This document shows, piece by piece, positions 56,728-64,000 of a DNA stretch of 64,000 bases (positions within the stretch are counted from its first letter, which is position 1; each line of letters opens with the position of its first letter). The position numbers were made by a program, and so were the translations under genes. This stretch comes from an uncultured Oscillibacter sp. GTDB taxonomy: Bacteria; Bacillota; Clostridia; Oscillospirales; Oscillospiraceae. The notes under the pieces are model-generated. The model did no database searches, was not told the origin of the DNA, and was given only the letters and a program-made list of their open reading frames with translations. The stretch is from positions 3,410-67,409 of the forward strand of contig CAJUCO010000008.1 of the NCBI GenBank assembly GCA_910585245.1, in the 5' to 3' direction.

Positions 56728-58714
56728 TCCCACCCTCTTTAAGAAGAACCTCACCCGGTTCTGGCCTCTGTGGGGCGGCGTGTCCCTGGTGGGGGTTCTG
56801 TTCCCCCTGGCCCTTTTGACGATAGTGATTCAGGAGGGGAGCTTCGGCCACGCCGTCAGCGACCCGCTGGAGTTTACCAAGGGATATTACTTGGTCGTTG
56901 CCTACGCGGTACCCGTCATCTCCCTGATTTACGGGGCCCTCTGCGCCCTGGCGGTCTGGGGCTGGCTGTATAACTCCAGGAGCGTGGGGATGTACCACTC
57001 CCTGCCCGCGACCCGAAAGGAACTGTTTGCCACGGACTTTCTCTCCGGAATGGCCATGATGCTGATTCCCTACGCCATCACCGGGGCGCTGACGGTGGCG
57101 GTCTCCGCCACGGTAGGGGCTATGGACCCTGTGGGCTTGCTGGTGACGGTGCTTTGCGTGCTGGGGGAGAGCTTTTTCTATTTTGCCACCGCCACGCTGA
57201 TCGTCTTTTTTACCGGGAACCCCTTCGCCTTCGTGGGGTTCTACGGAATCTTTCACTTTCTGGCCGCCGGGGCGGAACAGCTGATCGCCCTGTTAATGAC
57301 GCAGTTCTACTTCGGCGTGGAGCAGGCCTATGAGGGCGTGGCGGAGTTCCTCAGCCCCACTCTCTGCCTGATACGCCACGTGAGCCCCTATGGGGAATAT
57401 GAACGGATCGACACGGCAGAAGGCTGGGTCGAATACGGGCACCTGGAGTTTGTCACCCTGCAAAACGCCTGGGTCATTGGCCTGTACGCCCTGGCGGGGG
57501 TGGCGCTGCTGGGGTGCGCCTGGGCCCTGTACCGCCGGAGGCGGAGCGAGAGCGCCGGGGAAGTGGTGGCCGTGGGGTGGATGAAGCCCGTGTTCCGCTA
57601 TGGCTGCGCCCTTTGCGCCGCGTTCACAGGGGGAAGCGCGCTGTACGTCATTTTTTGCACGGGCTTCCAGACGGGCGCCACTGCCGGCGTCCTGCCTATG
57701 GCCGTGTGCATGGTTGTGGCCGGAGTGATCGGGTATTACATCGCCTCCATGCTGCTGGCCAAGTCCTTGCGGGTTTTCCGGGGCAGCTGGAAAGGCGTGC
57801 TGGCCACGGGGATTGCCGCCGCTGCCGCTTGCGTTTTCATCTCGGCGGACCCCTTCGGCGTGGAGTCCTGGGTCCCGGAGGCGGGGGAGTTGGAGGGGGC
57901 CTATATTTCCCTTCACGCAAGGAACGGATACTTGGACGTTGACATCTCCGACCAGGCTACGATGCAAAAGGTACTGGATCTCCACCGGACGGTGCTCTCG
58001 GAGAAGGAGCGTTTGAACGACCGGGATGGAGGGTTTTGGAACGCTGGTTCGGGTTACATGAACCTGAGCTACTGGGTGGAGGGAAAGCGCATCAGCCGCT
58101 ATTACCGCCTTCCCTTCTCGGAGGCGGGGACGCAAGCCCAGCTGGAATCCCTGCAAAAGGCCGCGTCCCTGGCCACAGACCCGGTCATTCAGGAGAACAA
58201 CATCTTTGAGCAGATTCTCTGGGAGGACATCGTCTCTACCCGGTTGATCCACGGTTATATCGGGGACATCTATCATAGGGACACCCGAGAGATCGACGGG
58301 ATGGACCTGTCCCCGGAGCAGGCAAAGACGCTGGAGGCCGCCGTCCGGCGGGATATTCAGGCGGGAAACTTTGGCAAGACGGTCTTCCTGGCAGACGAGG
58401 AGGAACGGGACCGGCTGGTCTATTTTGGCAGCATCCAGCTTGACTACAATGTCACCTGGAAGCCGGAGGTCCAGAATTACCGCAACGGTGATGACGTCCG
58501 GACGGTTTCTTTTGAAATTTCCGTCTACTGTACGGAGACCTTGAAGGCCCTGGAGGACATGGGAATTTTGGACGCCTCCCACCGGCTGCTGACCTGCGCG
58601 GAGTACTACGGTATGGAGTGGCAGGAGAGGGAGGAAGGGGCCTATGCGGCGGAGTCCTTCCCCGAACATATCGCAGAAGAGTCCACTGTGGGTTACGCCG
58701 GGGAGGCGTACTGA
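56702..58714 (+). CDS. ABC-2-type permease with large C-terminal extracellular domain
   Basis: ~10 TM segments, YHSLP, RRRSESAG; overlaps the ATPase gene. Confidence 0.85.
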   Translation: MRSKTLYFNPTLFKKNLTRFWPLWGGVSLVGVLFPLALLTIVIQEGSFGHAVSDPLEFTKGYYLVVAYAVPVISLIYGALCALAVWGWLYNSRSVGMYHSLPATRKELFATDFLSGMAMMLIPYAITGALTVAVSATVGAMDPVGLLVTVLCVLGESFFYFATATLIVFFTGNPFAFVGFYGIFHFLAAGAEQLIALLMTQFYFGVEQAYEGVAEFLSPTLCLIRHVSPYGEYERIDTAEGWVEYGHLEFVTLQNAWVIGLYALAGVALLGCAWALYRRRRSESAGEVVAVGWMKPVFRYGCALCAAFTGGSALYVIFCTGFQTGATAGVLPMAVCMVVAGVIGYYIASMLLAKSLRVFRGSWKGVLATGIAAAAACVFISADPFGVESWVPEAGELEGAYISLHARNGYLDVDISDQATMQKVLDLHRTVLSEKERLNDRDGGFWNAGSGYMNLSYWVEGKRISRYYRLPFSEAGTQAQLESLQKAASLATDPVIQENNIFEQILWEDIVSTRLIHGYIGDIYHRDTREIDGMDLSPEQAKTLEAAVRRDIQAGNFGKTVFLADEEERDRLVYFGSIQLDYNVTWKPEVQNYRNGDDVRTVSFEISVYCTETLKALEDMGILDASHRLLTCAEYYGMEWQEREEGAYAAESFPEHIAEESTVGYAGEAY

Positions 58715-58717
58715 CTC

Positions 58718-59383
58718 ATGTTTCAGGGGAAAACGTCCCGGCATACCCGCGGCCCCCGGTTTCTTGGGCTTTGCGCCGTTTTGGCGCTGCTGGCGGCGGC
58801 TGTAATATTCACAGCCGCCGTCCGGCTGTCCCGCCCCGCTCCGGCGGAGGTGGAGGCCTGCCTCCCGGAGGAGGTGGTCAAGGACCTCCTCCCCGTCAAC
58901 GAATGGTCCCGGCCCGGAGAGCCCCTGAAACGGGTCCGGGGGATCGTTCTCCACTACGTGGGCAATCCCGCAACCTCCGCCCAGGCCAACCGGAATTATT
59001 TCGCCTCTCTGGCGGAGGGGGAGCTGGGCGTGTACGCCTCCAGCCATTTCATCGTGGGACTGGAGGGGGAAGTGATTCAGTGCGTCCCGCTGGCGGAGAT
59101 CGCCTACGCCTCTAATAGCCGGAATGGGGACACGGTTTCCATCGAGGTCTGCCACCCGGACGAAGGGGGAGAATACGCCTCCGCCACCTATCAACAGGTG
59201 GTGGAGCTGACGGCATGGCTGTGCCGGGAGTTCCGGCTGGACCCGGAGAAGGACGTGATCCGGCACTATGACGTGACGGGAAAGCTCTGCCCGCTGTACT
59301 ATGTGGAGCATCCGGAGGCGTGGGAGGCGCTGCTGGAGGACGTCGGAGCGGAGCTGGCGGCGCGGGAGGCGGCGGAGGCGTGA
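58718..59383 (+). CDS. N-acetylmuramoyl-L-alanine amidase (Amidase_2)
   Basis: IVLHYVGN, ASSHFIV, SIEVC, IRHYDVTGKLCP; N-terminal TM; start uncertain. Confidence 0.85.
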   Translation: MFQGKTSRHTRGPRFLGLCAVLALLAAAVIFTAAVRLSRPAPAEVEACLPEEVVKDLLPVNEWSRPGEPLKRVRGIVLHYVGNPATSAQANRNYFASLAEGELGVYASSHFIVGLEGEVIQCVPLAEIAYASNSRNGDTVSIEVCHPDEGGEYASATYQQVVELTAWLCREFRLDPEKDVIRHYDVTGKLCPLYYVEHPEAWEALLEDVGAELAAREAAEA

Positions 59384-59412
59384 AAAAATTTTTAAAATTT
59401 TTGGAAAAAACC

Positions 59413-59439
59413 TGAAACAAAACCGCCCTCTGAATCGTC
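59413..59439 (+). promoter_or_regulatory. ECF sigma-type promoter
   Basis: TGAAAC-17-CGTC. Confidence 0.6.
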
Positions 59440-59472
59440 TTATACTATAGATGAGGAGAAAGGAGCCCCCTT

Positions 59473-59643
59473 ATGGAGCAAACAACTACCGCCCAAAACC
59501 TGTGGCGCGTCTGGGTCGACACCCGCCGCCGGATTGTGTCCTTCCATGAGGAGGAGGACAGCAAGCTGCTGGAGTTCCGGAACCGGGACCTGTTTTTCAG
59601 CTGCATCGAGCAATACACGGGGATGCAGTACCGGTATCAATAA
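59473..59643 (+). CDS. 56-aa hypothetical protein; absent from the ORF track
   Basis: AAAGGAG RBS; MEQTTTAQNLWRVWVDTRRRIVSFHEEEDSKLLEFRNRDLFFSCIEQYTGMQYRYQ; terminator at 59648-59683. Confidence 0.72.
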   Translation: MEQTTTAQNLWRVWVDTRRRIVSFHEEEDSKLLEFRNRDLFFSCIEQYTGMQYRYQ

Positions 59644-59810
59644 AAGCGCGAAGAAGGGAGGCCTTTTGGCCTCCCTTCTTTGCGGTTGTTCCTCAAAGAT
59701 TCCGCTCCCGCGGGAAGCCATAATGGAAAGAGGGCTTCCGTTTCATCCGCCAAGGCAGCGGAAAGAGAAGCCGGTCTATTTGCCGGCCACTCAGATTCCC
59801 GGCAGGGGAT

Positions 59811-60551
59811 TTAAACCACAAAGCCCCCGTCGGCAGTCAGCACCTGTCCGGTGATAAACCCCGCCTGCTCCGATGCCAGGAAGGACACCGCCCCGGCGAT
59901 ATCCTCCGGCTTTCCCAAGCGTCCCAGGGGGGTCTCCTCCACCAGCATAGCTCGGGTTTCCTCCCCCAGGACCCGGACCATATCCGTCTCCACGCACCCC
60001 GGCGCCACACAGTTCACCCGAATGCCCGACGGGGCCAATTCCAGGGCCAGAGAGCGGGTGAGGCCGATGATACCGGCTTTGGTGCAGGCGTAAGCCACCT
60101 CACAGCTGCCCCCGCGAAGTCCCCAGATGGAGGAGATGTTGATAATGCACCCCCGCTTCTCCCCCAGCATATGGGGGAGGACGGCCTGGACGGCGTTTCG
60201 GGGTCCGGTGAGATTCACTGCCAGAAGACGGCTCCAAAGCCCGTCGTCCACGTCCTGGAAAAGCCCCTGGTGGGAAATGCCGGCGTTGTTCACCAGAAGC
60301 TCCACGGGGCCCAGGGTCTCCGACGCGGTTTGGACCATGGACTCCACCGCCTTTCGGTCCGCTACGTCGGCCTGGATGGCCATGGCGGCGAGACCCTGGG
60401 CCCGAAGCTGGGAAACCAAGCGCTGGGCGTCGTCCCGGCGCTCCAGGTAGTTGACGCAAACCGGCCAGCCCTCCCGGGCCAGCGCGGTGGCGATGGCCCT
60501 TCCGATGCCTCGGGAGGACCCGGTAACCAGGGCGGATCTACGCATGGGCAT
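59811..60551 (-). CDS. FabG-like SDR oxidoreductase (YmfI-like)
   Basis: TGSSRGIG, NNAG, ISSIWG...SCEVAYACTK, GQVLTADGG. Confidence 0.88.
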   Translation of the reverse strand: MPMRRSALVTGSSRGIGRAIATALAREGWPVCVNYLERRDDAQRLVSQLRAQGLAAMAIQADVADRKAVESMVQTASETLGPVELLVNNAGISHQGLFQDVDDGLWSRLLAVNLTGPRNAVQAVLPHMLGEKRGCIINISSIWGLRGGSCEVAYACTKAGIIGLTRSLALELAPSGIRVNCVAPGCVETDMVRVLGEETRAMLVEETPLGRLGKPEDIAGAVSFLASEQAGFITGQVLTADGGFVV

Positions 60552-60656
60552 GACTCCTTTTTATTTGATGGAGGCAGTATAGCAGAAAAAAAAGAAAAGT
60601 GCAAGAAAGGGCTTGACAAATGGAGGGAGTTCGTGTATCTTATATATATTCGCTTC

Positions 60657-60733
60657 GGACGATTAGCTCAGCTGGCTAGAGCACCTGCTTGACGTGCAGG
60701 GGGTCACAGGTTCGAGTCCTGTATCGTCCACCA
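60657..60733 (+). tRNA. tRNA-Val(GAC)
   Basis: Cloverleaf; CCTGC-TTGACGT-GCAGG; CCA end; upstream TTGACA promoter; terminator at 60735-60770. Confidence 0.96.
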
Positions 60734-60896
60734 CGAAAACCGCCGTTTCCGGAAGGGAACGGCGGTTTTTCTCAACTTTTTGAATGGTTTTGCAATGGAG
60801 TTTATTAGCCTGTTTTTGTCTTGACCACAGTTCCAGCCACAGACAGAAAAAACTGCCCTCCGGGAAGCTTTGTCCCGGAGGGCGGCCGCATTCTAT

Positions 60897-62315
60897 TCAA
60901 CCTATTTTTGCCCGGGCCCGCAGAGCGGCAATCTCCTCCTTCATCTCCGCAATCAGCTTTGCCAGCTTCTCCTCACACTCCTCCTCACTGTAAGCGTAGA
61001 CGTTCCGGGCCATGCGTTTCCCGTTGACTTTCGGGGAATAGCGCCCCTCCCATAAGTGGTCATTGATCTGTGTGACGCAGCCTGTCCCTGGCTTGCGGTA
61101 CTTTCCTTTGACGGCCTGGAAGGTGCTCCGGGCTGGCTTCTTCTGGACCGCCAGTTCTGGTTGAGGTTCCACCCTTGCAATGGCCCGGTCAATTTTGGCC
61201 GCCGCCGACTGCCGCATCTCGTCGGTGACGTGGGCGTACACGTTCAGCGTGGTGGCGCTGGAGACATGGCCGATAACAGCGGACAGGGTTTTGATGTCCA
61301 TACCGTGTTCCAGGGCGTTGGTGGCGAATGTGTGTCTAAGGTCGTGGAAGCGGACGTGCTTACAGTCCGCCCGCTCCAGGACGATGGCCAGCTTCTTACG
61401 AACCGCTGTGGGGTCCAGAGGGGAATTTTCTTTTCTTGGCGAGGGGAACATCCACGGAGAATTGATGCCCTGCCGATAGTTTTTCAGAATCTCCAGGATG
61501 GGCGCCGGAAGGATGATGCTTCGGCTGGAGGACTTGGTCTTGGGCTGGGTAACCGCCAGCGATCCTTTCACCCTCTGCACTTGCCGCTCGATCCGCAGTT
61601 CTCCCGTCCGGAAATCCAGGTCATCCCACCGGAGGGCCAGCAGTTCTCCGCGGCGAAGTCCGGTGGACAACTCCAGCAGGAGCAGTTCATAGCAGTCATT
61701 TTCTTTCGCCTGGATCAGCAGCCGCTGCATCTCTTCCTGGGTCAGTACCTGCATCTCTTTGGGGTGAGTCGTGGGGGCTTTGCAGGCGAGAGCGGGATTT
61801 TTCAGAATCAGCCCTTGGGCTGCCGCCCTGTCCAGCGCCACCCGGCAGGTCACATGACAGCTTTTCACCATGCGGTCCGAGAGACCGGGGCCGTATTCCT
61901 CTTTGCGCAGGAGCCGCCCTCTCTGTTTGAGCCGGATATAGAACTGCTGGAGGTCGCCGGGGGTGAGCTTAGCCAGCGGAATATGCCCCAGCTCCGGGAT
62001 GATGTGCTGGTAGATACGGTTTTCGTAGTCCGCCTGGGTTTTGGGGCGAATCGCCGGCTTGCACTCCGTTTGATACCAGCGGTCCATCCAAGCTCCGAAG
62101 GTCATGTCCGCCTTGGGTCGTTCCGGTTCCGCACCCCTGATGCTGTCCCGCAGCGCCTTGAGTTTTTCCTCACACTCCCGTTTGGTCTTAGCCAGCACAT
62201 TTTTTGTTTTGGGCAATCCCTTCTCGTTGCGCCCAATGACGTATCTGCCTTCCCAGCGGCCATCCTTCCTCTTATGGATGCTGCCGTCCCCGCGGCTGCT
62301 CTTTCGCTTTGCCAT
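60897..62315 (-). CDS. tyrosine integrase with an extra C-terminal arm-binding-like domain
   Basis: GDGSIHKRKDGRWEGR; TGLRRGE, HDLRH, IGH, YAH. Confidence 0.93.
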   Translation of the reverse strand: MAKRKSSRGDGSIHKRKDGRWEGRYVIGRNEKGLPKTKNVLAKTKRECEEKLKALRDSIRGAEPERPKADMTFGAWMDRWYQTECKPAIRPKTQADYENRIYQHIIPELGHIPLAKLTPGDLQQFYIRLKQRGRLLRKEEYGPGLSDRMVKSCHVTCRVALDRAAAQGLILKNPALACKAPTTHPKEMQVLTQEEMQRLLIQAKENDCYELLLLELSTGLRRGELLALRWDDLDFRTGELRIERQVQRVKGSLAVTQPKTKSSSRSIILPAPILEILKNYRQGINSPWMFPSPRKENSPLDPTAVRKKLAIVLERADCKHVRFHDLRHTFATNALEHGMDIKTLSAVIGHVSSATTLNVYAHVTDEMRQSAAAKIDRAIARVEPQPELAVQKKPARSTFQAVKGKYRKPGTGCVTQINDHLWEGRYSPKVNGKRMARNVYAYSEEECEEKLAKLIAEMKEEIAALRARAKIG

Positions 62316-62327
62316 AAGCTCACCTCC

Positions 62328-63479
62328 TTAGAGAATATCCTGTATGAAGTCGCCCACGACCTGGGCGGCATGGCGCTGCATGTCTCCCGTGACGTGGGCG
62401 TAGGTGTCCAACGTGAAACTGGCCTTGGTGTGTCCTAAGATACCGGACAGGGTCTTGGCGTCCACTCCTCCAGCCAGAGCGTGGGTCGCGAATGTGTGAC
62501 GAAGATCATGGAAGCGAATATCGGGCAATCCCGCCTCTGCCAGAAGCTTCTTCAACTGCCGGTAGGCTCCCGCTGGATGGGTAGGTTTCTCAGGATTTAA
62601 TAAATCGGGAAATATCCACTCCGTCAGTGCGGTTTCTTTCCTCTTTTTCAGAAGCTGGATCGTACTGTGGGGCAGCAGGATCGTCCGCTTCCCGGCGTAG
62701 GTTTTGGTGTCCCCCGCTTCCAGCGTGCCGCCCTTTCCGGAGCGGATGGTGCGGCAGATTTTCAGCGTCCCAGCTTTGCTGTCGAAGTCCTCCCATTTGA
62801 GACCGCACAGCTCACCCCGGCGCAGACCTGTGGTCAGTTCCGTGTAGAAGAAGTCATGCCAGAGGTTATCCCTGCAAATCGCTGTCATGAGGATGTCCAA
62901 CTGTTCATTGTTGAGAATGTGCTTCGATTTGTTTGACACCTTGGGCGGCATCACCTGACTGGCAGGGTTGGCGGGTAGCAGACCTTCCGCTTCAGCTGTT
63001 TTCAGCGCATGGTGAAGGATGGTATGAATGCCATGCACGGTGGTCGGCGAAAGTCCGGGGTGATTGCTTTGCCCCTTGGCAATCCGTCCACGCTCCAGAA
63101 GAAACGTATACAGGTCATTCAAATCAGCCGGAGTGATTCTTGTCAACGGTTTCTGCCCCAGATAGGGTTTGACATGATTGTTGATGTCCCGCCGGTACCC
63201 TTCCAGGGTGTGACTGCGAACCGTTCCCCTCATGCGCTCGTCCAACCATTTGTCCAGCCACTCTGAGAGAGACATCCTGCTCTGCTCTGTCAGCTCAACC
63301 CCCCGGTAGGTGTCGATGTTCTGGTGGAGCTTGGCGGTCAGCTCTTTCTGGGTGTCGGCGTAGATATAGCGGAAGATGGAATCGCCGTTTTCCTTGTGGC
63401 CCACCACGATGCGGCCCTCCCAGCGGCCGTCATCCCGTTTGCGCACCATGCCGTCGCCTGATGGTCTGCGCTTTGCCAT
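62328..63479 (-). CDS. tyrosine integrase
   Basis: GDGMVRKRDDGRWEGR; TGLRRGE, HDLRH, LGH, YAH. Confidence 0.93.
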   Translation of the reverse strand: MAKRRPSGDGMVRKRDDGRWEGRIVVGHKENGDSIFRYIYADTQKELTAKLHQNIDTYRGVELTEQSRMSLSEWLDKWLDERMRGTVRSHTLEGYRRDINNHVKPYLGQKPLTRITPADLNDLYTFLLERGRIAKGQSNHPGLSPTTVHGIHTILHHALKTAEAEGLLPANPASQVMPPKVSNKSKHILNNEQLDILMTAICRDNLWHDFFYTELTTGLRRGELCGLKWEDFDSKAGTLKICRTIRSGKGGTLEAGDTKTYAGKRTILLPHSTIQLLKKRKETALTEWIFPDLLNPEKPTHPAGAYRQLKKLLAEAGLPDIRFHDLRHTFATHALAGGVDAKTLSGILGHTKASFTLDTYAHVTGDMQRHAAQVVGDFIQDIL

Positions 63480-63482
63480 TTG

Positions 63483-63779
63483 TTATTCACCTCCGGTTCT
63501 GATATTGCCGTCGTTGTCGTCCATGCACTCCGCCATCAGCCTGACACCGAGTCGAATGCCCAGGATGAAATTCTCGGTCGCTGTGATGCTGTTGATCTCA
63601 TGCTGTGACCGGATGAGTTTTGTTAGAATCGTTTGCTCAGTTTCACCGAGCTGTTCCATAAGCTGTTTTTCGCAGCTGGCGACACGAGCTACCGCCTTCT
63701 CCATCTCTGAACCAGGTGTTATCCTCTGCTCATTAGGTGTAATGTTGCCGTAGTAGAGATCTTCCAAGGTTTTTCTCAT
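63483..63779 (-). CDS. DUF6809-like small protein
   Basis: AAGGAGG RBS; LEDLYYGNI...FILGIRLGVRLMAEC. Confidence 0.75.
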   Translation of the reverse strand: MRKTLEDLYYGNITPNEQRITPGSEMEKAVARVASCEKQLMEQLGETEQTILTKLIRSQHEINSITATENFILGIRLGVRLMAECMDDNDGNIRTGGE

Positions 63780-63913
63780 TTTACCCGCCTCCTTATCAGC
63801 AACACACAATACCCTAACCCCGTTTAAATAGCTATGGCTTTGGAGAAGAGTTATCAAAAACTTATCATTTGAGAACTGCCGATTCTCTTTGTAAACAGTG
63901 GTGCAGTTGACAG

Positions 63914-64000
63914 CTACCCCATCGCCATCGTCTGGCACTGGGCCTGCTCCTCGTGGTCATCCGCCTTGTGACCCATAGCGACCTTCTTCTCTCTGAGTTG
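63914..64000 (-). CDS. 3' end of a gene entering from outside the window, possibly a relaxase/mobilization protein
   Basis: Open frame QLREKKVAMGHKADDHEEQAQCQTMAMG*; resembles, from recollection only, C-termini of Clostridial relaxases. Confidence 0.4.
   Translation of the reverse strand, partial: QLREKKVAMGHKADDHEEQAQCQTMAMG

Larger units (their letters stand above)
60734..64000 (-). mobile_element. left end of an integrative (probably mobilizable) element inserted at tRNA-Val
   Basis: Two integrases convergent on the tRNA 3' end, CCACAG repeats at 60825-60842, lower GC, DUF6809-like gene; continues past the window. Confidence 0.75.

Noticed and set aside
1..64000. CRISPR array or cas genes
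   Set aside because: No regularly spaced direct repeats and no cas motifs seen.

Overview
High-GC Firmicute (Clostridia; gene content and repeat types suggest an Oscillospiraceae-like gut anaerobe, by inference) chromosomal segment. It is mostly housekeeping: trmO/tsaA, tRNA-Thr/Tyr, proS, SCIFF ranthipeptide genes, lepA, a pyrCKDFE-pyrBI cluster, prmA, degV, mnmE, pnp-rpsO, a GntR-ABC operon and tRNA-Val. It ends inside an integrative element at tRNA-Val that carries two tandem tyrosine integrases. The strongest candidate for an undescribed system is a three-gene operon at 32667-39834: a ~1597-aa HD + helical-repeat + HxGH-type nucleotidyltransferase + PRTase multidomain protein, an LDH/MDH-fold enzyme with an altered active site, and a flavodoxin-like protein with a four-Cys motif. 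Also notable: a TetM/EF-G-like GTPase fused to a YacP/Rae1-type NYN RNase; a CopG-like RHH / antisense RNA / DUF6809-like module; a CI-like repressor with a divergent promoter carrying an SOS-like box; a 69-bp duplication of the lepA start around a small repeat element; an HscC/J-domain pair; and several MITE/REP-like repeats. All calls come from motif recognition by eye; no searches were run.
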